64,000 bases of DNA from a bacterium (GCA_037446635.1 JBBIIG010000002.1:32001-96000), one strand, 5' to 3'; shown: positions 1 to 10,492, counted from the first letter of the stretch. Notes: generated from the letters alone by a model not told the origin. Numbers and translations: made by a program.

Positions 1-2
1 AA

Positions 3-3000
3 GACGGCGTAACCGACCGCACTTCCGATTTTTCATTTACCGCCAGCGGCGGCAACCCCACCAGCATTCCCGCCAACCAGCAATTGGATTTTAATTTCAC
101 GGTGGGCGTGGGCGGATCGGCGGAGCCGGGCGATTACCAGATTGACGTGGAAGTCACCGGTCACGATTTCAACTCCACCACTCTGCCGCTGCAAGATTTG
201 AATGGCGCGGACGCCCGCGCCGCCTGGAACGTCAAGGCGGCGCCGGTGCTGCAAATCGTTTCGCTGACGCCGCAGCCGGCGGCCACGGTTTTTGCGGGCC
301 AGACCATTAATTGGACCGTGCGCATGGAAGTGCGCAACAACGGCCCCGATCCCATCGACATCGATTTTGCGCAGGCGAAAACCTTCATCCGTTTCATCAT
401 TGGCACGGACCGAACGTCCGAGTACACCATTATTCAGCCGACGCAATTGGCGGGCGGCGGCGTGCGCTTAAATAACGCCGCCACCGGCTTCATCGATTTT
501 ATCATCGACGTTACCGGAACAACTATCGGCACCGCCACCATCACCGGGCGGGTGGAGGGCACCGACACCGGCACGGGCAATCCCATTTTTGATGACACCA
601 ACGACGGCGGCGCCGGCGTGGTGGAGATTTTAAGTTCTACTTCGGTGGTGCGTATCGCGCAAACGGTGCCGGTGACGCCGAACATCGAGCAGGGTGTGGG
701 CGTGGTGAACACTGGCCAGACTTTTCAGGTGCGGGTCAACGTCCGCAACGAGCTGCAGGAGCCGGTGGTGAACGTGCAGGTGGCGCTGGAAACCAACGGT
801 TCATCGAATATTGCTTTATCGCCGCAGACCATTGCCAGCATTGCGGAAAATGGCAACGCCGATTTGCTGTTTAATGTTACCGCCGCGCTGCTGCCAAATG
901 CGGGGGGCGAAACGTTCACCTCCAGAATTCTGGCTGCCACCGGCGGCGAAAGCGGCCAGCCGGCGCTGCGGGGCGCGGCCTTCGACAGCCTGGCGATTTA
1001 CCGCATCCAGACCCGCGCCTCGCTGCGGGTGCAATTTACGGAGCTCAATCCATTTCAGGTCGCCGGCGATATTTTCGACGTGCGCGCGACCGTGACCAAC
1101 ACCGGCCAGGGGCAGGTGGATAATACCGGCCAGGTGACGTTGACGATACCCGCGGGCTACTCGTTCGATCTCAGCAGTCCCGCCGTCCAAAATTTTACCG
1201 TCGGCGCCACCATTCTCTGGCGAGTGATTGCCCCAAATACCGCGACCCCGCCGGAGAACTTTACGGCGACGATCACCCAGGCGCCGGTGGACATCAATAG
1301 CCGGCCGTCGTTGGCGTTTTTAGAAACGCCCTCGGTAACGCGGCAGGTGGAGACGCAGCCTCTGGGTCTGGATATTCTGAGCTTCAACGTTATCTCTCCG
1401 CCCGGGGCCGTTGACAATATTTTATCCACCGAGCAAACGTTCGACATTCGCGCCAGCCTCAGCGTCTCCGCGAATATCGATTCGGTGCGCGCCGATCTCA
1501 GCTTGCCTATCGAATACAGTTTGTTCCCGGGATTCAGCGCCTCGCGGCTGTTGCTCCCCGGACAAAGTAGCGTTACCTGGCGGGTCATTGCGCCGGCCGC
1601 GCCGCACAGTTTTCCCCGGGTGATTGAGGCGCGCATGAGGGGCTACGATCAGGGTGTGGTGCGCCGAGACACCACCGGCGAGCTGAGCATCGCCGCCGTC
1701 GTAACCCGGGTGAATCTTGATTTTGATCAATTTTTTTCCGATCCGGCGAACGTCGTTTCCATCAATCAGGCCTTTCAAATTCGCGCGCGAATTTCCAACT
1801 TGGGCGAGGCCGATGTTGAAGGAACCACCACGTTTACTTTGGATTTGGGGAACACGGGAATTCAAAGCCAGCAGCCGCTGGTGCAAAATGTCACCCCCGG
1901 CCAGCAGGTGATTTGGAACGTTACCGCACCCGCGACCGCCACGCAGTTGGACACGCTTTCGCTGCGGGTTACGAGCGTCCCCCGAGACGAAAACACCAAC
2001 CTGACGGCGTTCATCAACCGGCTGGAGAGAAAAATTCCCATTGCCACAGTTGATGCCGGTTTCGTTCGAATTAACAGCGTCATGGTTACTACACCGGAGG
2101 GCGCCAAAGATGGCACGCTTTCCACGGAGCAAGAGCTGACCATTGAAGCCGAAATCGAGTGGCAGGACCTGATCAACCTGCAAGCAGAGATCGAGTTTCC
2201 GTCGGTTGCTTATGAAATTTTGGATGGCAGCCGTTTTCGTGACATCGCCCAGGGACCGCTTACCAGCGTGAGTTGGCGAGTGCGGGCGCCGACCGCCCCG
2301 GCACCAGCGCAGCACTTTATCAAGATTAAAGCGCAGGGCAACGACGAAAACAATCCGTCTTTGGTGGTGGCGGCGCTGCCGGATTCCTTGCCGTTTCAAG
2401 TGGTGCAAAAGGCGCAGTTGCAATTGCTGGCTGAGATTTCGGCGCCAGCTTCGGCGCGCGATAGCGTCCTCACCGTCGGACAGAATTTCACCATCCGCGC
2501 CGAGTTGAGAAACAGCGGCGATGCGGCGCTGGTGGGAAACGACCGCGTGCGGATTACCGTGCCCGCTGGCTACACCCTCATCTCCGATTCGGCTTCGCAA
2601 AGCATTTTACCGGAGGTGCGCCAAGTGAGCTGGGATCTTCAGGCGCCCGATACGCCCGGCCGCAGTCAATCATTTATTATCATCGAAGTGGAAAGCCGCG
2701 CCGCCACCGATATCAACAGCAATCAAGTGCCGCCGCTCACGCCCAACCCGCCGCGCATCGTGATTCCGGTGCGAACCAGCGGCATTGAGCTGAAAGTTGT
2801 CCGGCTCGTCGATCGCAAACCAAGCTCCATCTCCCGCGACGCCACCAATGTCGGGATCTTTGGCCTGCAATTTGGAAACGAGGGCGACGCCCCTATTGTG
2901 ATCGACGCCATCCGCCTCAACGTGCGCGCCCGCGGCGATACGATTGCGCCGAATTCCGTTTTGAGCCGCCTCAAGGTGGTGGACTATTTCAATGCCAGCA

Positions 3001-3587
3001 TTGAAGAGTTGGATCTCACCTCGTTACCCGACACCGGCCCGCTGGTTTTGAATTTTCAGAATCCGATTTCGATTTCGGAGACTCAGCCGCGCTCTATTGA
3101 GTTCCGGGTGGATGTGAATCCGCAGAGCACCGCCAGCCATTTTGAATTGACCATCGACAACCCGCAAAGCGATATTTTGGCGCGCGATACCGGCTCCAAT
3201 CGCCAGGTGGAAATCGTCGATGCTACCGGGCCGATTGTTGCGGCCATTTCGTCTGGGGTGTCGGTTATTTTCGACCCGACTTTGGAGGCAAGTTTTTATA
3301 ATTATCCCAATCCCTTTGGCGATCCCGGCAAGCCAACCACCGCTTTCAATTATCGCCTCGATCAGCCCTCTGATATCTCGCTGAAAATTTACACCCTGTT
3401 GGGCGAACTGGTGTGGTCGATTTCATTCAGCGCGACCGATCTGGAGGGATTGGCCGGCACCCACGCCGGTAACATCATCTGGGATGGCCGCAACGAAAAG
3501 GGCCAAAAAGTTTTGAATGGCGTGTACGTGGCGGTTCTCACCACCAACCGCGGCAAAGTGATGACTAAAATTGCAGTAGCAAATTGA
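3..3587 (+). CDS. Very large secreted/surface protein with tandem Ig-like repeats and C-terminal FlgD-Ig/T9SS-like sorting domain (5' truncated by window)
   Basis: Frame is open from position 3; recurring motifs (xSTxQxFxIRA..., VxWxVxAP); C-terminus YNYPNPF...IYTLLGELV...WDGRNEKGQKVLNGVY. Confidence 0.8.
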   Translation, partial: DGVTDRTSDFSFTASGGNPTSIPANQQLDFNFTVGVGGSAEPGDYQIDVEVTGHDFNSTTLPLQDLNGADARAAWNVKAAPVLQIVSLTPQPAATVFAGQTINWTVRMEVRNNGPDPIDIDFAQAKTFIRFIIGTDRTSEYTIIQPTQLAGGGVRLNNAATGFIDFIIDVTGTTIGTATITGRVEGTDTGTGNPIFDDTNDGGAGVVEILSSTSVVRIAQTVPVTPNIEQGVGVVNTGQTFQVRVNVRNELQEPVVNVQVALETNGSSNIALSPQTIASIAENGNADLLFNVTAALLPNAGGETFTSRILAATGGESGQPALRGAAFDSLAIYRIQTRASLRVQFTELNPFQVAGDIFDVRATVTNTGQGQVDNTGQVTLTIPAGYSFDLSSPAVQNFTVGATILWRVIAPNTATPPENFTATITQAPVDINSRPSLAFLETPSVTRQVETQPLGLDILSFNVISPPGAVDNILSTEQTFDIRASLSVSANIDSVRADLSLPIEYSLFPGFSASRLLLPGQSSVTWRVIAPAAPHSFPRVIEARMRGYDQGVVRRDTTGELSIAAVVTRVNLDFDQFFSDPANVVSINQAFQIRARISNLGEADVEGTTTFTLDLGNTGIQSQQPLVQNVTPGQQVIWNVTAPATATQLDTLSLRVTSVPRDENTNLTAFINRLERKIPIATVDAGFVRINSVMVTTPEGAKDGTLSTEQELTIEAEIEWQDLINLQAEIEFPSVAYEILDGSRFRDIAQGPLTSVSWRVRAPTAPAPAQHFIKIKAQGNDENNPSLVVAALPDSLPFQVVQKAQLQLLAEISAPASARDSVLTVGQNFTIRAELRNSGDAALVGNDRVRITVPAGYTLISDSASQSILPEVRQVSWDLQAPDTPGRSQSFIIIEVESRAATDINSNQVPPLTPNPPRIVIPVRTSGIELKVVRLVDRKPSSISRDATNVGIFGLQFGNEGDAPIVIDAIRLNVRARGDTIAPNSVLSRLKVVDYFNASIEELDLTSLPDTGPLVLNFQNPISISETQPRSIEFRVDVNPQSTASHFELTIDNPQSDILARDTGSNRQVEIVDATGPIVAAISSGVSVIFDPTLEASFYNYPNPFGDPGKPTTAFNYRLDQPSDISLKIYTLLGELVWSISFSATDLEGLAGTHAGNIIWDGRNEKGQKVLNGVYVAVLTTNRGKVMTKIAVAN

Positions 3588-3595
3588 GATGCGCT

Positions 3596-5647
3596 ATGTT
3601 GACTTTTATCAAATATTCAGCTAAATTTTGCACCCGCGCGGCGGTGATTGCGGGTATGATACTATCGTCATTCCTCGTTGAAACATCATTTGCGCAAACC
3701 GGCGTCGGCGGCACCAAGAGCTTGTTTATGGGAGTGGGGGCGCGGCCGCTGGCGTTGGGCAATGCCTACGTGGCGGTCTCCAATGACGTCTCGGGGATTT
3801 TTTTCAACCCAGCGGGCCTGGATTATGCCGAGAAAAATAGTTTGAGCCTTTTTTATACCAATTTGATTTTCGGATCCAATTATAGTTTTGTGGGTGCAAT
3901 TGTGCCCACGCTGTCCATTGGCGCATTTGGGCTGGCCTGGGCGCGCATCAGCAGCGGCGATATTGTGGAGCGCGATATCGATCAAGTGCCGGGCGAAACC
4001 TTTGATCACAGTCAGAATTTGTTTATTCTCTCTTATGGCAAGCAGTTACTAAAAAATAAATTGAGCGTGGGGCTGAACATTAAATTGCAAACCGTGAGTT
4101 TTTCGCTTCCTAGTTTGTCCGATTCCGGCGTGGGCGGAGATTTGGGTTTCCTGTATCGCCCGTTTGATAGCGGTATTTTGGGAGACGTGTCGTTTGGCCT
4201 GAACATTCAAAACATCATCCCCCCCAAGACGCGTTTGATCAGCGCGTCGCAATCTGCTTCACCGACGAATTTCAAAATCGGGTTAGCGAAGCCAATTTAT
4301 TTTGGCGAAGAACGCAGCCGCATTACCCTGCTGTTTGATTTCAACAAAACCGAGCAGGCGCCAGGGCTCTACAATCTGGGCGCGGAATATTCGTTTAAAA
4401 ATAACGCCATGCTGCGGGTGGGGTTGAACGACGGCCTGATTGCTTTGGGCGCCGGCGCGGCTTACAGCAATTTCCATTTTGATTACACCTTCGGCAAAAT
4501 GTTCGATGCGGCCGATTTTTCCGCCGACCACCGTTTTTCCGTGACCATCGAAATCGGCAAAAGCAAAGCCGAAAGGCTGCAGCGTTTGCAAGCAAAGCGG
4601 GAACGCGAAGTCCGCCTGCGAGTGGATAATGAGTTATGGTTCACCCGCGAGACCGAATTCAACACCGCCATGGAGGACGGCCGTAAAAAATTTGAGACCA
4701 AAGACTACCGCAATGCCTATGTCGATTTTAGCCGCGCGGTTGACGCGGCGCAGACCCTGGTGGATGTGGCTATGCGGCTGCGCGGCGAGAACACTAACGA
4801 CATCGAAGCCAACATGAAAGTGGAAACCGCCAATAGCTCAGTTCAAGAAGCCCAAACCATGCTGGAGCTGGCGGAAGCCAAAAGCGATTCTGTGCGCAAG
4901 GCCGAAACTGAGTTCATCGTTCGGCAAACCGAGGCGACGACCCGCGACCGCGAGCTGCGCGATTTTATTTTGCAGCAGCGCGATAAGGGCAACGCCTTCT
5001 TCAAAAGCGGGCTGTTCTCGCGGGCGATGACCGAGTGGCAGTTGGCGCTCGACCGCATCAACCAAAACCAGGGCAACCATCTTCCGAGTTGGGTGGACGA
5101 GATCAAGCTGCAGCTCGAGAATGACATCGCCACCGCGGCGAAACAACTCGAGGGCAACGTCAAAGAGGCGATGCGGCGCGCTGAGGCTCTGGAGCGGCGC
5201 GGCGATTACGTGCAGGCGCTCAACGAGCTGAACAGCATTCGCGCCGCCGGTATGAGCGACACTGAAAGAAACGAAGTGGAACTCAGAATCAAGTCGCTGC
5301 AATCGCAATTGAGCTTCAAACAAAATTTTGACGAGGGCGTGCGTTTCTACGAAAGCAAAGACTGGAAGGCGGCCGCCGAGGCCTTCGACCGCGCCCTCAA
5401 AGTGCGGCCAAACGATTCCAGGGCCAAAAAATATTATGAAGACGCCCGGGCGCGCTCCATCGCCACCGTGCAGGAGATGCCGCCCAATCTGCGCGTCAAA
5501 TACGCCCGCGGTCTGGAGCTTTTCCGCCAAGGCAATTACAAAGCGGCGCTGGACATCTGGGAAGAGATTCGCAAGGAACAGCCCTACAACAAGCGCATTC
5601 TCGATTCCATTGACAGCGCCCGCGAGCGGCTCAAAAGTCAAAATTGA
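3596..5647 (+). CDS. PorV/PorQ-family outer-membrane beta-barrel fused to C-terminal TPR region
   Basis: Signal peptide; GVGARPLALGNAYVAVSNDVSGIFFNPAGL motif typical of the PorV/FadL-like family; helical TPR-like C-half; first ATG at 3596 (ORF track starts at TTG 3584). Confidence 0.8.
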   Translation: MLTFIKYSAKFCTRAAVIAGMILSSFLVETSFAQTGVGGTKSLFMGVGARPLALGNAYVAVSNDVSGIFFNPAGLDYAEKNSLSLFYTNLIFGSNYSFVGAIVPTLSIGAFGLAWARISSGDIVERDIDQVPGETFDHSQNLFILSYGKQLLKNKLSVGLNIKLQTVSFSLPSLSDSGVGGDLGFLYRPFDSGILGDVSFGLNIQNIIPPKTRLISASQSASPTNFKIGLAKPIYFGEERSRITLLFDFNKTEQAPGLYNLGAEYSFKNNAMLRVGLNDGLIALGAGAAYSNFHFDYTFGKMFDAADFSADHRFSVTIEIGKSKAERLQRLQAKREREVRLRVDNELWFTRETEFNTAMEDGRKKFETKDYRNAYVDFSRAVDAAQTLVDVAMRLRGENTNDIEANMKVETANSSVQEAQTMLELAEAKSDSVRKAETEFIVRQTEATTRDRELRDFILQQRDKGNAFFKSGLFSRAMTEWQLALDRINQNQGNHLPSWVDEIKLQLENDIATAAKQLEGNVKEAMRRAEALERRGDYVQALNELNSIRAAGMSDTERNEVELRIKSLQSQLSFKQNFDEGVRFYESKDWKAAAEAFDRALKVRPNDSRAKKYYEDARARSIATVQEMPPNLRVKYARGLELFRQGNYKAALDIWEEIRKEQPYNKRILDSIDSARERLKSQN

Positions 5648-5687
5648 TTTAGCCGGAAAACTGGATTATTGTAAAAATCTTCAGATC

Positions 5688-5801
5688 GCCTGATGATGAA
5701 TCATCAGGCTAATTTGCTGAAGTCGATTGAAATCGACTCTAGACAGCAGCAGCTTAATTTATTAAGCTTAAGCTATTAGCTTGGAAATTCATTTCCAAGC
5801 G
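5688..5801. repeat. Cluster of four short palindromes (REPIN/IS200-derived MITE-like)
   Basis: gcctgatgatgaatcatcaggc; agtcgattgaaatcgact; agcttaatttattaagct; gcttggaaattcatttccaagc in a symmetric long-short-short-long arrangement. Confidence 0.6.
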
Positions 5802-5865
5802 GTCTGCTTTCATTGACAAAAGCCATCTTCTCTAAGGGATTTTTACCGCCATTGCGTACGCCTTT

Positions 5866-8800
5866 TTGGCGGCGGCAGGTATATTTTCAAAACAATTCAG
5901 AATTAACTTGCTAAGCAAAGTCGAAAAAGAACAACTCAAGGTACCGGCGCAAATTGATTATTTGGGCGACTTGCGCGATTTTGTCACCCAGCTCGGCAAA
6001 AAGCACAAGTTCCCGGATAAAGTCATCAATGCCTTCAAGCTGGCGGTGGATGAGGCCGCCACCAACATCATCCGCCATGCCTATCGCGAGAAAGAGGGGC
6101 TGATCACCATTCGCTCCATCGTGCGAAAAAGCAGCCTCACCATCTGCATCATCGATCAGGGCACCTACTTCGATCCCAAGCACGTCAAAGACCCGGATTT
6201 GAACCGCTACATGGACATTGGCAAAAAGGGCGGCCTGGGCATTTTCATCATCCGTAAGCTCATGGATGAGATCGACTACCACAAAACCGAGGAAGGCAAT
6301 GAACTGCGCATTACCAAGTATATCGATAAGCCGCCGGCCAAAGAGCGGTTAGTCAGCACCGTTTCCGCTATTCCGCTTTCCATCAAAGCGCGGTTTTTCT
6401 ACCGCGCCATCGCTATCATCACGCTCATCATCGCGCTGGGGTATTTGTATTTTTATTTGAAAGCCGACGATCAGGTGATGATGCAGTTCATGGATGAAAG
6501 CCGCGCCACCAACACGCAAATCGTTAATCGTGTTACCACGATCGTTACTGAGGCCGTGCAACTTGGGGTCGATTTTTTTGACGCCAGCCCAATTCGCGAA
6601 GATTTCCGTCATCAAATTTTTCATTTTGTGATCGAGGACAGCGCGGGCACCATCGTTTACTCCTCCGATCCGGTCGAAACTTATACGCTTTATGAGCGCC
6701 CGGCTGAAGCGGAGTTGCTCGAAGACGGAATTTATAAATACATAACAGACGCCGGTGTGCCGGTTTATGAGTTTGAAAGCGACATCCTCATCCGCAACAG
6801 CGACAAAAAGTTTGGCAAAGCGCACGTTTTGTTTTCATCGGCCTCCATCGAAAAAATTATTGCCCGCAGCCGTCTGAACGATCTCAAATTGACCCTGTTC
6901 ATTTTAGGGCTGAGCTACATCGGGGTGGCGGTGATCGTCTATCTTTTGGTGAACCCGCTGCGCAAGCTCTCCTCGTGGATTAAAGATTTGGGCCACGGCG
7001 AGCTTACCGACGAGATCGATATCGACACCTCCTCGGAGATCGGCGAGATCGCGCAGGCTTTCAGCGACATCACTCACAAATTCCGGGAGTCCCAAAAGAA
7101 CCTCGCCGATCAGGAACGCCTGCAACGGGAAATGAAGGTGGCGCAAGACATCCAGCAGACGCTGCTGCCGATGTCCTTCCCCGAATTGGATGGCTACGAG
7201 CTGGGCTCGTACTACGAAGCGGCCAAAGAATTGGGCGGCGATTATTATGATTTCGTGGAGGTGGATAAGGACACCCTGGGCATCGTGGTGGCCGACGTGT
7301 CCGGCAAGGGCGTTCCCGGCTCGCTGGTGATGGCCATGATCCGCCAAACCCTGCGCACCGAGGCGCGCGGCGTAAAGGACGCCGCCACGGTGCTGACGCA
7401 AGTGAACGAATTCGTCAGCAAGGACATCAAGAAGGGGATGTTCGTCACCGTTTTCTATCTCATCGTTGATTCCAAACGCCGAAGCATCAACTTTGCCAGC
7501 GCTGGCCACAACCCGATGATCCTGTATCGCAACAGCACCAAGAAAACCTATTATCTCAATCCCAAGGGCTTCCCCATTGGCATTCAGTTGCCGGATAAAG
7601 AGCTTTTCAAAAAATCCATCGAGTCCGAAGAGATTCAACTGGCGAAGGATGACGTCCTGCTGCTTTACACCGACGGCATCACCGAGGCCATGAATCCGAA
7701 CCGCGAGCTTTTTGGTGAGGAGCGCTTGCAGAAAGTGTTGAGAGACTTCGGCCATTTGCCGGTCAATGATTTTGTGGAGAAGCTCAAGCAGGCGATTTAC
7801 TCGTTCACCGAAGGCAACCCGCAATACGATGACATCTCCCTGGTGGTCATCAAAGAAAAATCGACCCGCGAGGAAGATGAGCTGCGCCGCGCGAAAGAAG
7901 CCCACTTGTTGATTGGTCAGGGCGTCAGCATCCGCGAGGCCTGCGAGCGCGTCAACCTCACGACCTACGCTTATTATAATAAGTACAAAAAGATTTTTGA
8001 AGAAGAAGGAGTGGATGCCTTTGAGGTCGGCAATGAAGCGTCCATCGAAGCCAAGCATCTTAGCATTGAAGAAAAAGTCAAGATTCTCGATATCATCGCT
8101 CAGCATCCGGAGTACGGCGCCGGCCGCATCAGCGAGGTATTGAACAGCGAGCGCTACGGGTTCGAGAAAATTAGTGAAAATAAAATTTATGACGAATTGG
8201 TGCGCAGCCGGCTGAACACCCGGCCGCTGCGCGAGGCTTACATCCAGCGGCTCCGCAGCGGGCGGCGGCGATTGAAACCGCCCGGCACGCCCATGATGAC
8301 TTTAGACGGCAAATTGATCATCGAGCGCCAGGATGATATGGGAATGTTGCCGCCGCCGAAAAGAGAGCTCCCCACGCGGAAAACCGAGAGAGATATCGAA
8401 CCCGCACCCCTGTTCGACGATTCCGCCGAATCTTTGTTGACCGTGGCGCCGGATAAGACCACGAGCAGGGTGAGTGAATTTGACATCGAGGAAGAGCTGC
8501 AGTTTGATGTGCCAATCGATGAGCTGCTGGCCAAAGATCGCAGCCAGGACGAGATGACGCCGGTCGCAGCGCCGCCGGAGGCGCAACCGCTTGAACCCAC
8601 TACTGCCGCGCCGTTCGACGAGCAGGAGTCTTTGTACGATCAGTTCACCGAGGCCCACAGTGAGCCTCTGGATCCAGACTTTGCGGACGAAGAGACCGCG
8701 GCCGCCGCGGAGGAGATCGCCGCAACCGAAGCCTCCGTTTTCGACGATAATTTATCTTTCCAGAATTATTTTTCCGACGCCGCGCAGGCAGACGCCTCCG

Positions 8801-9603
8801 ACGACGATTTTGAAGACGACGAGCCGGCAAAGCAGGTCACGATGGTTGACGAAGTGGATGAAAACGAGCCCGCCCGTTTTGAGCCGCTGGTAGCGAAAGC
8901 CGTCCCGGAGCAAGATGAAAACAACCGCCATCCGGTCGAAGAAGCGATTTCCGAGGAGTCGGAGGAGATAGATGAGAGCTTCCTGATGTCCTCTGCAGTC
9001 GATGAGCTGTTAGCCGAAAACACGGAGGTGGTGTTCGAGGACGACGGCTCGGAAGTGGAGGAGGTTGAAACGGCGGACAACAACCGCGAGGAAGCGTCAT
9101 TTGCTGATTTAATTCAGACCATCGACCAGGAGATCGTTTACATTTCCGACCCTTCCAAAGCCGCGGCAAGTACCGCGAAAAAGAAAAGAAATCGTAACGG
9201 CGAGCTCGAGCAGGGGGTTTTGGCAAAGAGCAATCGGCTAACCGATAAAGAGAAAGTTCTCATCAAGGGCATTCGCTATTACAAAAATCAAGAATATTCT
9301 CGCGCCATCCAGGAATTTCAAAAGGTGTTGAAAGAGTATCCCGATTACAAAGAAGCCCACAGCATTTTGGGCAACGCCTATTTCAGAAATCAGATGTACA
9401 ACGAAGCCGCGTTTTCATACGAACGAGTGAAAGAGCTCGATCCCAATGACATAACAGCTTACGAAAATTTAGGGGTTATCTACGCCAATCGCGGCGATTA
9501 TCGGCAGGCGATCAGCGAGTGGAAAAGAGTTCTGGAGCTGAACCCGGAGCGCACTGATGTTAAAGAGAAAATCAAGAAAGCTTTGCGAATGATTCACACT
9601 TAA
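5866..9603 (+). CDS. Membrane-bound RsbW-like kinase (HATPase_c) / HAMP / SpoIIE PP2C phosphatase / HTH / acidic linker / TPR fusion
   Basis: LAVDEAATNIIRHAY and GGLGIFII (anti-sigma kinase); two TM segments; HAMP; GGDYYDF, ADVSGKG, YTDGITEA, DDISLV (PP2C); C-terminal TPRs; exact start uncertain. Confidence 0.9.
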   Translation: MAAAGIFSKQFRINLLSKVEKEQLKVPAQIDYLGDLRDFVTQLGKKHKFPDKVINAFKLAVDEAATNIIRHAYREKEGLITIRSIVRKSSLTICIIDQGTYFDPKHVKDPDLNRYMDIGKKGGLGIFIIRKLMDEIDYHKTEEGNELRITKYIDKPPAKERLVSTVSAIPLSIKARFFYRAIAIITLIIALGYLYFYLKADDQVMMQFMDESRATNTQIVNRVTTIVTEAVQLGVDFFDASPIREDFRHQIFHFVIEDSAGTIVYSSDPVETYTLYERPAEAELLEDGIYKYITDAGVPVYEFESDILIRNSDKKFGKAHVLFSSASIEKIIARSRLNDLKLTLFILGLSYIGVAVIVYLLVNPLRKLSSWIKDLGHGELTDEIDIDTSSEIGEIAQAFSDITHKFRESQKNLADQERLQREMKVAQDIQQTLLPMSFPELDGYELGSYYEAAKELGGDYYDFVEVDKDTLGIVVADVSGKGVPGSLVMAMIRQTLRTEARGVKDAATVLTQVNEFVSKDIKKGMFVTVFYLIVDSKRRSINFASAGHNPMILYRNSTKKTYYLNPKGFPIGIQLPDKELFKKSIESEEIQLAKDDVLLLYTDGITEAMNPNRELFGEERLQKVLRDFGHLPVNDFVEKLKQAIYSFTEGNPQYDDISLVVIKEKSTREEDELRRAKEAHLLIGQGVSIREACERVNLTTYAYYNKYKKIFEEEGVDAFEVGNEASIEAKHLSIEEKVKILDIIAQHPEYGAGRISEVLNSERYGFEKISENKIYDELVRSRLNTRPLREAYIQRLRSGRRRLKPPGTPMMTLDGKLIIERQDDMGMLPPPKRELPTRKTERDIEPAPLFDDSAESLLTVAPDKTTSRVSEFDIEEELQFDVPIDELLAKDRSQDEMTPVAAPPEAQPLEPTTAAPFDEQESLYDQFTEAHSEPLDPDFADEETAAAAEEIAATEASVFDDNLSFQNYFSDAAQADASDDDFEDDEPAKQVTMVDEVDENEPARFEPLVAKAVPEQDENNRHPVEEAISEESEEIDESFLMSSAVDELLAENTEVVFEDDGSEVEEVETADNNREEASFADLIQTIDQEIVYISDPSKAAASTAKKKRNRNGELEQGVLAKSNRLTDKEKVLIKGIRYYKNQEYSRAIQEFQKVLKEYPDYKEAHSILGNAYFRNQMYNEAAFSYERVKELDPNDITAYENLGVIYANRGDYRQAISEWKRVLELNPERTDVKEKIKKALRMIHT

Positions 9604-9614
9604 ATTTTGTTTTG

Positions 9615-9643
9615 TTGACTTTTTGGTCATTTTCATTTATATT
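9615..9643 (+). promoter_or_regulatory. Sigma70-type promoter for the STAS gene
   Basis: TTGACT-17 bp-TATATT, followed by AGGAG RBS before ATG 9688. Confidence 0.55.
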
Positions 9644-9687
9644 CATCAGCGTTTTACTGTTTAAATTATATTTACCAGGAGAAACCC

Positions 9688-10395
9688 ATGGAAGGCATAC
9701 AGGTTTCAGTTGATAAGGCCGGTGTCAATCAGCAGATTTCTATCATCAAAGTTGGCGGCTACATCGATACCACCACCTCCGCTGAGCTTGAACATGCTTT
9801 ATCTACATTACTAAAAGCCAATCGCCATAATATCATCATAGATTTGGGGAATGTCGATTACATCAGCAGCGCCGGCTGGGGTATTTTCATCAGCGAGATC
9901 AAAGGCATCCGCGAAAAGAACGGCGATCTCAAATTGGCGCGCATGATCCCGGATGTCTATGAGGTCTTCGAGCTGCTGGAATTTCATTACATTCTGCGCG
10001 CGTTTGATACTCTGGAAGAAGCCATCGCTGATTTCGATCAAGAGGGCGGAAGCGGCGGCCGCGTTGCTTTGCCAGTAAAGGAGCGCGAGGAGCGTGATGA
10101 GCACGTGCAAGTGGCGTCCAAAACCGAGCCGAAAGTCATGCAGGTGGATGGAAATTACAAGCCCAAACCAGAGCCGCAGTTAGAAACCATCGAAGAGAAG
10201 CTGCGCCGCATCATCATCGAAAACCCCGATTCCGGCATGTTTCAAATCATTCGCACCCTCAACACACCGACTTACGGCAACATCAAGCTGGGCTGGTTTG
10301 ACATGCGAAAATATTTGAAGCAACTGAATCTCGACACCAAAAAGAAGAGAATGGCGTTTTTCAAGCAGCACAGCTTTGGCAAGCTTGTGAATTAG
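9688..10395 (+). CDS. Anti-sigma-factor antagonist (STAS/RsbV-like) with C-terminal HTH-like domain
   Basis: GYIDTTT...DLGNVDYISSAGWG STAS signature with phospho-acceptor Ser; extra C-terminal domain of about 60 aa. Confidence 0.9.
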   Translation: MEGIQVSVDKAGVNQQISIIKVGGYIDTTTSAELEHALSTLLKANRHNIIIDLGNVDYISSAGWGIFISEIKGIREKNGDLKLARMIPDVYEVFELLEFHYILRAFDTLEEAIADFDQEGGSGGRVALPVKEREERDEHVQVASKTEPKVMQVDGNYKPKPEPQLETIEEKLRRIIIENPDSGMFQIIRTLNTPTYGNIKLGWFDMRKYLKQLNLDTKKKRMAFFKQHSFGKLVN

Positions 10396-10492
10396 GAATG
10401 GGGCCTGGACGCGGCGCGCGATCAATTTCTTCACCCTCTCCACCTTCCCTATAAATTTCTACCGTTAGAAACTACGAGCGCCGTTTTTTGTC

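Noticed and set aside
6904..8106. Long antisense ORFs (also 1422-2600, 33195-34424, 52342-53352, 61637-62665)
   Set aside because: Shadow frames of well-supported genes in GC-rich DNA; no recognisable motifs
7880..8240. Active IS481 insertion in the phosphatase gene
   Set aside because: No DDE domain or terminal repeats; the HTH is in frame and mirrored in the partner protein
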